Positions 40,643 to 50,666 of a stretch of DNA of 64,000 nt are shown here, piece after piece; positions within the stretch are counted from its first letter, which is position 1, and every line of letters begins with the position of its first letter. The translations under genes and the position numbers were made by a program. The stretch is from Gemmatimonadota bacterium. GTDB lineage: Bacteria; Gemmatimonadota; Gemmatimonadetes; Gemmatimonadales; GWC2-71-9. The stretch lies in NCBI GenBank assembly GCA_039586365.1, contig JBDHKN010000002.1:64001-128000 (forward strand). Reading direction: 5' to 3'. Under the pieces are notes generated by a model, which saw only the letters and a list, made by a program, of their open reading frames with translations, was not told the DNA's origin and ran no database searches.

Positions 40643-41064
40643 TCAGTCTTGCCCCAGCGGCGGCGGCACTCGCATCGTCACCGTACCTGACGAGTCGAAG
40701 AACGCTAGACTACCGGCACCTTCAGATACAACACGGCCGCCCCCTTTGCTTCCGGCCCGTGCAGCGCGAACCCTCCACCACCTTGTGCGAACTGTGCCGC
40801 ACCCAACCGTGTGTGTCCGGCCGCATCCTGTATGAACAGGTCCGTCTCGGTCGAATCATGCCTCAATTCAATCCGCACCAGACCCGTGTCGTCGACCACT
40901 TCGAAACGTCGCGCCTGTACAAGTTCAGCAACTGGTGTACTCCACGGCACCAAGCCCATGAGAGTCAAGGCAGCCAGTCCAGAGCACGCAATGACCAGGA
41001 GTCGATTGCTCTTCTCGAGCTTACGGACACGAACCTCGAGTGCGCAATCTACTGATTCATCCAT
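40643..41064 (-). pseudogene. Hypothetical anchored beta-rich protein, probable frameshift near 40720
   Basis: VQARRFEVVDDTG.VR repeat-like protein; after AAVLYLK another frame reads GAGSLAFFDSSGTVTMRVP..* ending at 40643. Confidence 0.5.
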
Positions 41065-41103
41065 TGAATTCTCCTTCAGGCGGATCTACCGAGTCTCGAG
41101 GCT

Positions 41104-41676
41104 CTAACCGACAATGATGTCATCCAGTGTGCGCTTGGGTACGTGGTGCCTACCCTCACCATCCCGCCAGTATCTGATATCTCCCTCAGGACCGACCGTC
41201 TCGAGCACAACGGTCTCTTTGGGCTTTCCGAGCGCAACAACGAGCAGGACTTCGTAGTGAGCAGCGATATCCAAGACTTCGCGCAGTCTGCCAGCATGGA
41301 TTGAACCTACGATACAGCCTCCAAAGCCTCGCTCGGTCGCTCCCAACAGAATGGTCTGAGCCGCTATTCCGTGATCACATCCAAAGGTCTGCTTGATCTT
41401 CTTGTCACCGAGGATGACGATGTAGGCCGCGGGTCTCTCGCCCTCTGATGGCCCGGGCCACTCCTTCAGATAGCCAGCCCAGCCAAGCTGTGGAAAGATC
41501 AAAGCGTTCTTGTCTGGATCTGCGGATAGGATGTACTTCAGAGGTTGTAAGTTCGCTCCTGAGGCGGACAACCTCGCCAGATCCACCAAATCTCTGAGTG
41601 TCTCAGATTCTAGCGCCACTTCTTGGTAGAAGCGTCGGTAGCTTCTATTCCTCAGCACCAAATTCCTCAGTTCCAT
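41104..41676 (-). CDS. Nitroreductase family protein
   Basis: NRSYRRF, SASGANLQPLKY, DHGIAAQTI.LGA.E.G.GGC, HHVPKR. Confidence 0.9.
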   Translation of the reverse strand: MELRNLVLRNRSYRRFYQEVALESETLRDLVDLARLSASGANLQPLKYILSADPDKNALIFPQLGWAGYLKEWPGPSEGERPAAYIVILGDKKIKQTFGCDHGIAAQTILLGATERGFGGCIVGSIHAGRLREVLDIAAHYEVLLVVALGKPKETVVLETVGPEGDIRYWRDGEGRHHVPKRTLDDIIVG

Positions 41677-41765
41677 GATTCCCTTCTCACCTCGCTTAAT
41701 ACCACCTGGCGCGAAACCCTCTTGGGTATCACACGATCGACGGCGCACCTGATATTGCCAACGTG

Positions 41766-42146
41766 TCAGTAGGTGAGACTTCCTGCTGGGTGCTTGAAAT
41801 AGGCTGCCCGCTCGATGTCTCGGATCTCGACCGTGAACTGAGCGCTGCCTGCGTCGAGCCCTTCTCCACGGAACCAATCCTGCAAGATCGCCAGCATTCT
41901 GGCGCCAATCTCCCGCTTCACGTCGCTGCTGCGTCCCTCAAGGAATCTCACATCGAGATGCACAAAGCCCGCGTCAGCGGCACCGTCACCAACAAAGAAC
42001 TCGTTCAGCTGGGCCGCTCTGCTCTTGCAGTTCTCCTGTTTGATGCCGCCTACCTCGGTGAGCACCGCGTGCAAGCGGCCGAACAAGTCGGCAAACTCGA
42101 GCGTGGGCTGAAGATTCCTGGTGTATTCGACAGTCAAGTGCGGCAT
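41766..42146 (-). CDS. 5-carboxymethyl-2-hydroxymuconate isomerase-like tautomerase
   Basis: N-terminal MPHLTVEYT.NL (catalytic Pro1), KSRA, FVH, EGRS. Confidence 0.85.
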   Translation of the reverse strand: MPHLTVEYTRNLQPTLEFADLFGRLHAVLTEVGGIKQENCKSRAAQLNEFFVGDGAADAGFVHLDVRFLEGRSSDVKREIGARMLAILQDWFRGEGLDAGSAQFTVEIRDIERAAYFKHPAGSLTY

Positions 42147-42288
42147 GTTAAAATCCGGCGAATCGAAGTGCGCCCGTGAGGAAGCCTCCAGGTTTGCGCA
42201 CGCTTGATACACTGTCACCTAGCTCGGTGGATGAGCGCCCAGCCGCTTTCGCCAACATCTATACTCTCCTCGTTGGGCGTTGTGGTAT

Positions 42289-42636
42289 CTAACTTGACCC
42301 AGTCAGCAACGGCGCCAACTGCGTCAACGTCTCTTCCGCGGTCGACCGGAACTTGGCAAACCCCGGCGTATCAGTGGTGATCGCACCAGCGACGATGCCG
42401 GATAGGACTGTCTGACAGGCCTGTGAAGCCCGCCGAAGACGGAACCTGCGAACAAGCCGGTAATATGCGGCCGGATCCGCCGCGTCAACAAACGACAGGA
42501 CGTTGGCACGAACGCTATCTAGTACCGCCTTGAAGTCCTCCAGCGCAGCAACCGGCGGGTCTTCAAGCTCCAGTTCCGCTTCCATGTCGTCCAGTGCCTG
42601 CCGCAGTCTATCTACTACCTGGGTCAGCTCACTCAT
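42289..42636 (-). CDS. Hypothetical helical protein (paralog of adjacent gene)
   Basis: GGAGG RBS; overlaps the upstream stop; aligns by eye with 42629-42976. Confidence 0.7.
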   Translation of the reverse strand: MSELTQVVDRLRQALDDMEAELELEDPPVAALEDFKAVLDSVRANVLSFVDAADPAAYYRLVRRFRLRRASQACQTVLSGIVAGAITTDTPGFAKFRSTAEETLTQLAPLLTGSS

Positions 42637-42976
42637 CGGTATCCTCCCTACAGACCTCGACGAGATCTTTGAGCACTGCATGGAAAGCTCTTAGCCCAGG
42701 CATGTTGGGCGCGACTGCCTCGGCATAGAGATCAGACAGCAAGTCCTCACAGGCATCGGTGGCCCGCTGGATTCTTAGCCTTGCCAGGAAGGCATCGTAG
42801 TCACCGGAGTGCCGTGTTGTGAGGACAGCCCATGTGCTCCGGCGAAGATTGTCGACTGCGAGCCCGACATCGCGCACCCCCTCCGACGGATGCTCGCCGA
42901 GGGACAATCCCGCATCCAGCTTGGTCAGAGCGCGGCGGATCTCATCAATACCTCTTTCCAGCTCTTGCTTGCTCAT
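42629..42976 (-). CDS. Hypothetical helical protein (paralog of adjacent gene)
   Basis: GAGGAG RBS before MSKQELE; same length and conserved pattern as its neighbour. Confidence 0.7.
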   Translation of the reverse strand: MSKQELERGIDEIRRALTKLDAGLSLGEHPSEGVRDVGLAVDNLRRSTWAVLTTRHSGDYDAFLARLRIQRATDACEDLLSDLYAEAVAPNMPGLRAFHAVLKDLVEVCREDTDE

Positions 42977-43030
42977 CCGACTCCTCACGTTCAGCGTTCC
43001 TCAAATCGTTGCGACCGCCGCGATGGCCCA

Positions 43031-43777
43031 TCATCGCTCAGAAATCCACCCAATGACCTCCGCTATCACCTCTTGTGGAACAGTGTGTCCTCCTTCGAAC
43101 GGTCGAAACGTGACGTCATAGCCCATGGACGTGAGCGTGTCCCGGGCTCTCTCCGACGCGGCGAAGGAGATCGCCTCATCTGATCTACCGTGCGCGATGA
43201 ATACGGCTAGGTCTCTTCCTTCCGAGAGAGTTCCTTCAGGGAACCAGGATTGGTCGAAGCGTGCGCCAAAAACGACAAGGCCGGCGAACTCCGCGTGGTT
43301 GGGGATTGCGGTCATGTAGGCGAACGCCCCCCCTTGCGAGAATCCCATGAGATACACCCGGTTCACTGCATATCTCGCGCGCAATCCGGCAGTCAACGTC
43401 AGGATGTAGTCGACAGTCAACTCGGCGGCTTGGTCTCCGACTCCTAATCGGCCCAGGTGTTGCAGACTCCAGTCGTAGCCGAGTTGCCCGTCCTCAAGCA
43501 GGAACGGGTAGGGCGCCCGGACGGACGCGAATATGATTCCAGCAGAGTAGAACGGTGCGCCCACCCCCAAGAACCCCTCTGCACTGTGGCCGAATCCGTG
43601 GAGGGCGATGAAGAGAGGATACGCCTGGTCCGGGTCAAAGTCTTGCGGGGTCCGAACCAGTGTGGCCAAGAGCGTCGGTGTTTCAACGAACACCATATCG
43701 ACTCGCTGAGCTTCGAGACTGAACAATGGTACCCATAGGAAGCTGACGAGTGTCAGGAGTTGCCTGAATCTCACCAT
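43031..43777 (-). CDS. Phospholipase/carboxylesterase (alpha/beta hydrolase)
   Basis: IALHGFG, GFSQGG, AHGRSD, FEGGH. Confidence 0.88.
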   Translation of the reverse strand: MVRFRQLLTLVSFLWVPLFSLEAQRVDMVFVETPTLLATLVRTPQDFDPDQAYPLFIALHGFGHSAEGFLGVGAPFYSAGIIFASVRAPYPFLLEDGQLGYDWSLQHLGRLGVGDQAAELTVDYILTLTAGLRARYAVNRVYLMGFSQGGAFAYMTAIPNHAEFAGLVVFGARFDQSWFPEGTLSEGRDLAVFIAHGRSDEAISFAASERARDTLTSMGYDVTFRPFEGGHTVPQEVIAEVIGWISER

Positions 43778-43793
43778 GATGCAATCCCCGTGG

Positions 43794-44258
43794 CTACCGT
43801 GGGATCGCATCATGCAGAAGTGGACGATCAGCCGACGTCATTTTCGGCCCGACCCAACAGGCCGTTGTCTGCTGCCCTGCCTTGCTCGCCGATGCCCGAG
43901 ATCTGTTCACTGCCGGCTCAGGCAAGCTGCACAACCTTATCGACCCCTGTGGCTCCTCGATCTCTTTGGCCTCCCCCGCCGGCACGATCCACGCTCGCAA
44001 CCTGCCTGTACCAGCAAGCAGAGATATTATCACACAGACTGAGCCACGGTCTGGCAAATCTATCGTACGATTACCGCGTCCATATATCGGACGGCCCTCT
44101 CCAACAACGACACTCCACTCAACATCCGATTGGACAATGAGCCTGCGGTCAGCAACAGCACCGTGTTGACGATCATCCATGACGGGACTAACCTGTAGGC
44201 CGCAACCGCATAGCAGCACACAACCAAGAAACGCGGTTAGTGTTGCTGCGCCCACCAC
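43794..44258 (-). CDS. Hypothetical lipoprotein-like protein
   Basis: Hydrophobic N-terminus ending LLCGC; no recognisable domain. Confidence 0.4.
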   Translation of the reverse strand: MVGAATLTAFLGCVLLCGCGLQVSPVMDDRQHGAVADRRLIVQSDVEWSVVVGEGRPIYGRGNRTIDLPDRGSVCVIISLLAGTGRLRAWIVPAGEAKEIEEPQGSIRLCSLPEPAVNRSRASASKAGQQTTACWVGPKMTSADRPLLHDAIPR

Positions 44259-44515
44259 ATGTCCTTACAGGTCTCTGGTGTCAGCCTGGTCCACTCATGT
44301 CCGAGAGCCGAGTGCCCATTCATGACCTCACCATCTCGTTCCAGAGTCTTGAATTCCCATTGCTGTTCTCTCCCACTTGCTCCAGATGCTCCATTCCTCT
44401 GGTCGCCTGTCACGGGATCTCGGCGTACAGCAAGGGTCGTTGCCGCCGCAAGGAGGCATGGTCTGGGACTATCTCCCATAGGTACGACGACGGATTTCCA
44501 CAGTTGAGCTGCCTG

Positions 44516-45337
44516 TCACTCAAGACCAACCTCAGTGTCCACGGCTCGCAGGTCCGGAAACGGAATGAGGGCCGCGAGATTGACTGCGAAGCCGTCCAAA
44601 CCCGGGAACAGGGTCGCCGAGGTCATGTTCATGGCAAGTAGCTCCCTGGTTGCTTCCCGCAGGAAGCTCCTATCAGGCGACAGCGGAATCTCCACCAACA
44701 GATTCCCAGGATCTTCGACGGCGCGGAGATTCTCCATGAACGACTTCGTGATGTCACCCGGTACCAGGAACACGCTTTGCTGAAGAATCAACCGGCGATT
44801 CATCCGCCAAGGGTTCAGAGGGAATACGAGAGCATGCCGTGGTGAACTACCTACGATCGCATCGACCGTGGCTTTCTGCTTCGCGTTGGGATCGCGTTTG
44901 AGCAAGGGTTTGAGATGATCCAGCGCCTCGACCTTGTCGCGCAGCAGGCCAAGGTTCATCGCCCATACACAGGATGGCTCACCCGGTTCCGCTCGCTCAA
45001 TCGCGAAATAGACTGCCACGAAGAACGAATAGGTCCAATCCATCAGACGGGTTGGCGCCCCGTGGTGTCTCATCAGCGAGAGCCAACCGATCGTGTCTCC
45101 CTCGGCCGGCTCATGGGTAAGATACAGGTGAGCTTCGCGCCTAAACCGGCGCATGAGACCTTCCTCGATCTCCGGTAGCTCAGACCAATCACACCCCCAG
45201 CGATCGACCGCCGCTCGCTCGAGACTGGTCTTGAAACCACCCGACCTACCTTGGTCCCCGCGGAAGCACCACTGCCCAGATTTCAGTGCATCGTACCGGT
45301 CCAGCAACTCACGCCAGGCAGTGATCGGCTCGGACAT
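44516..45337 (-). CDS. FRG domain protein
   Basis: WCFRG, MRHHGAPTRLMDWT.SFFVAVYFA, N.RL..QQSVFL, ATLFPGLDG. Confidence 0.9.
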   Translation of the reverse strand: MSEPITAWRELLDRYDALKSGQWCFRGDQGRSGGFKTSLERAAVDRWGCDWSELPEIEEGLMRRFRREAHLYLTHEPAEGDTIGWLSLMRHHGAPTRLMDWTYSFFVAVYFAIERAEPGEPSCVWAMNLGLLRDKVEALDHLKPLLKRDPNAKQKATVDAIVGSSPRHALVFPLNPWRMNRRLILQQSVFLVPGDITKSFMENLRAVEDPGNLLVEIPLSPDRSFLREATRELLAMNMTSATLFPGLDGFAVNLAALIPFPDLRAVDTEVGLE

Positions 45338-45489
45338 TGGAATCAGACCACCTAATGTGAAGAGAGTTTGTTGAGTCCTCTATGCGTCCCACACGCAGTC
45401 GGCAAAATACTCCTTTCCCTCAACCCGAACGAGGTGCTGAGTCTCGCTGCCGGCGAAAGGAGGTGCCATCAGGATGGTCTCGGTCCGCC

Positions 45490-45819
45490 CTATTTCGCCG
45501 GAAGTGACAGTGCAAACTGTTTAGCCTCCTCGACCCAAGCCTGCAAATCCTCCTGTGAGGCCAGGGCGTCAGAGGCCACGTAGACAAACCCTTTCAGCGG
45601 CTTGCCTGTGAAGTCCATCGGCGACACACCGGGTCTAGCTAGCGCCTGCTCATAGCGGTCAGGGCCGACCCTGACGACCAGACGTTCACCGGCGACTCCA
45701 CAACACATGTTGCCATGCAACATGAAGGTGAGGCCGCCGAACATCTTCTTCTCCACCACCGCTGCTTGATCGGCGAGCGCCTCACGCACGCGTCGTACCA
45801 GAGTATCACTGTGGGGCAT
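45490..45819 (-). CDS. TfoX N-terminal domain protein
   Basis: EKKMFGGLTFMLHGNMCCGV, PMDFTGKPLKGFVYV, SLPAK. Confidence 0.9.
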   Translation of the reverse strand: MPHSDTLVRRVREALADQAAVVEKKMFGGLTFMLHGNMCCGVAGERLVVRVGPDRYEQALARPGVSPMDFTGKPLKGFVYVASDALASQEDLQAWVEEAKQFALSLPAK

Positions 45820-45947
45820 GGCGCCTCTCCTCCACTCTACGACGAAGACCCAATCACATTGACGCCGAGCTGAGTGCCCGAGCGCTAGCTCTCACCACTC
45901 TCAGACAGCAATCGACCGGTCAGCCGTAGCTCTTGTTATCAACATCC

Positions 45948-46343
45948 CTAGCCACCTGACAGCGTTCCGCTGGATGTAGCACGTGCGACAGCAATTCCGA
46001 TCGTGATCACAGGAATCATCAGATAGGTGACACCGATATCAGCAGTGTACTGTGCTACGGTCATCTGCATGGGTCCACCCAGCAACATCAGAGGTGCGTC
46101 AATGATGACGCTGATGGCGAGCCACAGCAAACCGAGAATAGCCCCTTCCTGCACGAAACGTGCGTGCACAGCGCGCAAGTACCGTACGCCGAAAACCGCC
46201 ACAGCAATAGCGATAGACACAGGCATTATTGATTCGAATAGGGGCCGCGACGATTCGTGCAGCGGGTATATCGCAAACGCCACCACGAACGGGATCAGCC
46301 AAACAAAGAATCCGAATATGACCGCCTTACGGGTTGATTTCAT
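45948..46343 (-). CDS. Hypothetical 4-TM membrane protein
   Basis: GFFVWLIPFVV, LFESIM, Y..DIG.TYL.IP. Confidence 0.75.
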   Translation of the reverse strand: MKSTRKAVIFGFFVWLIPFVVAFAIYPLHESSRPLFESIMPVSIAIAVAVFGVRYLRAVHARFVQEGAILGLLWLAISVIIDAPLMLLGGPMQMTVAQYTADIGVTYLMIPVITIGIAVARATSSGTLSGG

Positions 46344-46452
46344 CAGATTCTCCCAGAATGAAGCCAACGTGGTCTACGGGCTAGCGAATTGTGGGCCGGA
46401 TCCGTCCCCTGTGGCCACTGGACGAAGAGTGCCGGACGTCGCGCCACAGGAA

Positions 46453-46884
46453 TCACACATCCAAGCGGTCCTCATATCGAACGGTTTCGCCGTGCTCCAG
46501 ATACCGTCTGAGTATCCTGAGGTACAAGGCCCAACAGTAGCTAGATACGCGATAGTGTTCGGTTGGCCCGGCCCAACCCGAATGGTAGAACCGTACCTGC
46601 GTTCCGCTGCGCGTGCTCTCAAAGCGAAACCCCACACGTGTGCCGATCCAGTCCGGCTCGGCACGGATCAGCTCGAGTTCGAACTCGCTGCCGGGGACGC
46701 AGCGGGTTACGGTTGCCCGCCAGTCATAATCGGGCCCAAACCAGAGTTCGTACTCTGCTCCCTCAACTGCCTCTCCCCGCGATCGTTTCGTCCACCAATG
46801 ATCCAGATGCTCCGGAGTGCTCACAGCCTGAAACACTTGGTCCGGGGACACCTCGGTGGAGAAGTCGTGCAGGATATCGGCCAT
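46453..46884 (-). CDS. SRPBCC/AHSA1 domain protein
   Basis: VFQAVST..HLDHWW, DWIGTRVGF, F.HSGW, CWALYL..L..YLE.G. Confidence 0.88.
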   Translation of the reverse strand: MADILHDFSTEVSPDQVFQAVSTPEHLDHWWTKRSRGEAVEGAEYELWFGPDYDWRATVTRCVPGSEFELELIRAEPDWIGTRVGFRFESTRSGTQVRFYHSGWAGPTEHYRVSSYCWALYLRILRRYLEHGETVRYEDRLDV

Positions 46885-46995
46885 CTGTCCCCCATTGTTC
46901 GAGTTCGTGTGGCGCAGCCCAGGGAGAGTCACGGATGCTCGGACAGCACCCAGGCCGCCAATACGCTCACGATTTGGCAGCCGATATCGAGCCTT

Positions 46996-47394
46996 TCACT
47001 CGAAATCGTATTCGAGGGTGATTGGGTAATGCTCCGCGTGCGCGGAAGCGAAGCCACCCTCGCCTCTTAGACCTTGGAGGTCACCGGTCCCTGACCCCGG
47101 CACCACGAACCAAGTGGCCTTTGCAGTGCCACCTTCGAAGCTACCACTGTGCTGGAGGACGAAGCTACCAGACCGATCTCCGATGCGTCCGACCACCCGC
47201 TCCAAACCGATGAAGCTGGCGGAGCCGTCAATGCTGTGCATCATCAGATACTCCAGGGTCCCGTCGCCAGCGATATCTCCGCTGAACGACTTTGTCACAC
47301 TCGCGCGGGTCAGCCTGGGTCCGTCGTCCAGCTCATGGTAGGGTTGCTCGTCCCAGCTCTTCACCTGGAACGTGGCGTTCGCGCGTTGGCCCAT
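46996..47394 (-). CDS. DUF3224 family protein
   Basis: F.VKSWDE.P, K.FSGDI.G, GSFVLQH.G, VVPGSGTGDL.GLRG. Confidence 0.9.
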   Translation of the reverse strand: MGQRANATFQVKSWDEQPYHELDDGPRLTRASVTKSFSGDIAGDGTLEYLMMHSIDGSASFIGLERVVGRIGDRSGSFVLQHSGSFEGGTAKATWFVVPGSGTGDLQGLRGEGGFASAHAEHYPITLEYDFE

Positions 47395-47424
47395 GCTTTC
47401 TCCTTCCGTGTCGTGAGACAGCCG

Positions 47425-48153
47425 TCATGTCTTGGTCAGACAGGCAAGGTAGTCACCACCGCCTCGTTCCAGGATCATCTCACAGTTCCAGCCCGTTGAC
47501 TCGGCGCGCTGCTGCAGCGTCTGCATATCCACCTGCAACCAGCTACAATACGGACCACTCTGTCCTTCATATTCGAACCGAATGCGAATCTCACCTACGT
47601 AACGCCCTGCTCGCAGATTGGTCTCATGATAGGCCAGATGCTTGGGATCCTCGGTCTGACGCACGTCCAGTGAGTGGAGCAGCAGCAGCCCATCGCTGCC
47701 GGTGAGCCCGCGGGCGTGGGTAAGAAACCGATCCAGACCCGGCAAATCCTCGACCATGCCGACGCCATGGCCGAGCAGCAAGATCGAGTCGAAGGGACCG
47801 CCCAGGAATCCGAGAATATCCGCACATTGCACGTCCCGCACGCCCCGCTGAACCATTATCTCCACGGCCAGCGGACTGATGTCCACAGCCGTAACAGTCA
47901 TACCCTTGGACTGCAGGACGAGACTGTGGATTCCGCTGCCAGCACCGACGTCCAGCACACGGCCACGACAGCGTTCGAGCGCGGTTTGCTCGATTGCCGA
48001 GAACTCGGCTGGCGGGCGGAAGAAATGGCTCACGGGCACTGAATCCTCAAGCCCGTCATCTCGCCGGATTGTGAGTCGCGCCGCGGATTGGCCGTGGAAG
48101 TAGGCGTGCAGGGCGAGTCCATGTGGTTTCAACGCATTGGGATCCATTGCCAA
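47425..48153 (-). CDS. Class I SAM-dependent methyltransferase
   Basis: GRVLDVGAGSGIHSL, VDISP, FDSILLL. Confidence 0.88.
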   Translation of the reverse strand: MAMDPNALKPHGLALHAYFHGQSAARLTIRRDDGLEDSVPVSHFFRPPAEFSAIEQTALERCRGRVLDVGAGSGIHSLVLQSKGMTVTAVDISPLAVEIMVQRGVRDVQCADILGFLGGPFDSILLLGHGVGMVEDLPGLDRFLTHARGLTGSDGLLLLHSLDVRQTEDPKHLAYHETNLRAGRYVGEIRIRFEYEGQSGPYCSWLQVDMQTLQQRAESTGWNCEMILERGGGDYLACLTKT

Positions 48154-48242
48154 GACACTCCTTCACCGATGACTACGCGACTGCGCGGAGGATCTCACAG
48201 TACGTGCGCGACGGTGTCCGCGCCAGCGAGCGGCCTTTCGTG

Positions 48243-48674
48243 TCACGCGGCCGAAGTGGGCTCAGCGACCGAGAAGCGGGAACGTACCTCGGAGCTGACG
48301 TCGGTGGGCCTTCCCGTCTCTACATCGATGGGACACCATAGCGTGCGTGCCCGCACGAGCAGTTGCTGATTGGACGCGCGCAGCAACTCGGTGTGGCGCT
48401 CGAAGGTGTGCCGCGAGGCGGTTCCGACCCAGGTGCGGGCGACGATCTCGTCCGCCAGGAACGCCGGCCGCTTATAGTCTATCTCATGGCGTACGACGAC
48501 CCACAGCAACCTGGCTTGATCGGCACGTGGTGCGGCTGCCTGCCAGTGGGCTACAGCGGCGTCCTGAACCCAGCGCAGGTAGACGATGTTGTTAACGTGG
48601 CCGAGCTGATCAATATCAGCTGGCTGGATCTGAATACGGAGTTCGAAGCGCTCTGGGGCGGGACGGCAGTCCAT
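48243..48674 (-). CDS. Acyl-CoA thioesterase (4HBT/YbgC hotdog family)
   Basis: DIDQLGHVNNIVYLRW, RHEIDYKRPA. Confidence 0.9.
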   Translation of the reverse strand: MDCRPAPERFELRIQIQPADIDQLGHVNNIVYLRWVQDAAVAHWQAAAPRADQARLLWVVVRHEIDYKRPAFLADEIVARTWVGTASRHTFERHTELLRASNQQLLVRARTLWCPIDVETGRPTDVSSEVRSRFSVAEPTSAA

Positions 48675-48784
48675 GCTCAGCAGGCGCGCCGACCCTTGGT
48701 CGACTGAGGAGCCGGTTGCAGGGGCATGCTACCTAACCTACCACGTGCCGCAACAAGACGATGCCGGGGTGCATCTGATGCACG

Positions 48785-49300
48785 TCAATGCTTCACCCTA
48801 TACCACATGGTGACTAGTCCAGAGTCGTAGGGCGTCGTATGAGTGAGCTCCAAGTGAGTCACCTCTGCCGTGGCCGGCAACAGTGGGATGCCATCACCCA
48901 GCAAAATCGGATGCACTGCGACGATCACGTCGTCGACACAGCCGGCTTTAAGTGCCGCTTCAAATATCTGACCGCCGCCAACCAGCCAAATATCCTTGCC
49001 TGCCTCGTTACGCAGTTGCTCAATAGTGCCGCCTGCATCTGCGGTGACGACAGTGACCTCCGGATACTCGCTGGCCCGCAGCGTGCGAGAAAACACAATA
49101 TTCGTCACCCCAGGATAAGAACGCGTGCCGTGGGACAGACCAAACTCGTAGGTCCTGCGTCCCATCAGCACCGTGTCGATCGAGGAATAGAACTCCTTCA
49201 TTCCATAGTCTTGGTCCATGAACAACCAGTCAACCTCACCCTCCGGACCCGCAATAAACGCGTCCAGGCTCATAGCGACAAAGTACTTGACTCGGCGCAC
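48785..49300 (-). CDS. Dihydrofolate reductase/RibD C-terminal family protein
   Basis: AMSLD.FIA, MGRRTYE, GKDIWLVGGG, P.LLGDGIPL. Confidence 0.9.
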   Translation of the reverse strand: MRRVKYFVAMSLDAFIAGPEGEVDWLFMDQDYGMKEFYSSIDTVLMGRRTYEFGLSHGTRSYPGVTNIVFSRTLRASEYPEVTVVTADAGGTIEQLRNEAGKDIWLVGGGQIFEAALKAGCVDDVIVAVHPILLGDGIPLLPATAEVTHLELTHTTPYDSGLVTMWYRVKH

Positions 49301-49377
49301 TACTACTCCCCCCGCCGATCGAGGACACGGCTGATCAGCCGGCACACTTGCACGGCACCGGCCCAACGGTCATGCAC

Positions 49378-50598
49378 TCAGGACGTTTCTGATGTCTCCA
49401 GCAACAGTCTTAGAGCAGTCAGCCCGTAGATCTTGGCGCAATCAACCAAACGACTCACTGCCACATATTCCTCGGGACCATGCGACACCGACAATACACC
49501 TGGGCCATACGCCAACGCAGGGACACCGCGTTCCGCGTAGAAACGAGTCTCAAGTAGGCCGGGACATAGTTCGAAGGCCGGCTCAGTCCCGGTCACGTCA
49601 CCCACCGCCGCCGCTAGAATCCGCCCCAACGCGCTACCGGCATCCGTGGCGCTTTGCGCCCCCTCCTGAATCACTTGCACCTGAGCGTCAACACTCTCTG
49701 GCTTGGCTCGATCAATCGTCTCGAGCAGAACCGCCTTCTCTGCCGCAATATCCTCTTCCGGATTGATGCGGCGCTCCACCGTGAAGGAGAAATGCTCCGG
49801 AACCACGTTGAATTGGTGCCCCCCGACAACTTCGCCACCGAGCATCAGGATCGAATGCCTTGCCGCTTCGGGCTCAACTGCAAACGCGGTGCAGCGTTGT
49901 TCAACTTGGGCTTTCAGTCCTTGCAGCTCCAGCAATAGCGGCAGAGCTGCCTCAAACGCGTTGCGTCCTTCATGCTGCAATCCCACGTGGGCGGGCTTTC
50001 CCGCCAGCCGGACCCGCAGTGTTATCGCGCCTCGGCTCCCATTCCACACCGCGCCGCTCGTCGGTTCGCCGATCAGTGCACCAATGCCATTCCTGCCAAG
50101 TCGGGCAGAACGAGCCAGATACTCACTGCCCCGCCGGCCGCCGGTTTCCTCGTCCGGCACCAACACGAGTTCGACGCGTCCTGGCAGGCGCTCCGGCTGC
50201 AGCGCTTTCACAGCGTAGACTATTGCCGCGATGCCACCCTTCATATCGGATGCACCACGACCTACGATCCGCCCGCCCCGGACGACCGGCTGGAACTGAT
50301 CGGGACGGCTGGCCGGAACCACATCGTAGTGACCGTGCAGATACACAGTCGGGCCAGATCCGAAACCACTCACAACTGCGTACCGTTGGGAGTCCTCGTC
50401 ATCTGGCAGTCGGATCAACTCGTATGGCAGACCCAGCGCCGTCAGTTCGCTCTCGAGCAGTGCGACGCATTCGCCGTAGCAGCGACCAGGGGGATTCTCC
50501 GTCTGGACGGCGATCAGGCGACATGTCAGGTCGGTGATCCGCTCATCACTCTCGCTGATCCGAGCCGTCACCCGGTTTTCAATATCAGTCACAACCAC
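49378..50598 (-). CDS. M20 family ArgE/DapE-like deacylase
   Basis: HGHYDVVP, GRGASDMKGG, DEETGG, GEPT, HGPEEY. Confidence 0.9.
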   Translation of the reverse strand: MVVTDIENRVTARISESDERITDLTCRLIAVQTENPPGRCYGECVALLESELTALGLPYELIRLPDDEDSQRYAVVSGFGSGPTVYLHGHYDVVPASRPDQFQPVVRGGRIVGRGASDMKGGIAAIVYAVKALQPERLPGRVELVLVPDEETGGRRGSEYLARSARLGRNGIGALIGEPTSGAVWNGSRGAITLRVRLAGKPAHVGLQHEGRNAFEAALPLLLELQGLKAQVEQRCTAFAVEPEAARHSILMLGGEVVGGHQFNVVPEHFSFTVERRINPEEDIAAEKAVLLETIDRAKPESVDAQVQVIQEGAQSATDAGSALGRILAAAVGDVTGTEPAFELCPGLLETRFYAERGVPALAYGPGVLSVSHGPEEYVAVSRLVDCAKIYGLTALRLLLETSETS

Positions 50599-50666
50599 GG
50601 CAAGTAGGACCTCGGTGCCGGTCTTGCCCCGTGCCGCCAGGGTACGCTCTGAACATCAACCCTCCC

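Noticed and set aside
44237..44479. QQWEFKTL as a second DUF4177 remnant
   Set aside because: Match too short and the GWELV motif is absent
46027..47070. 347-aa plus-strand ORF, and similar long antisense ORFs (8650-9669, 3271-4140, 20762-21511)
   Set aside because: Shadow ORFs opposite or out of frame with well-supported genes in GC-rich DNA
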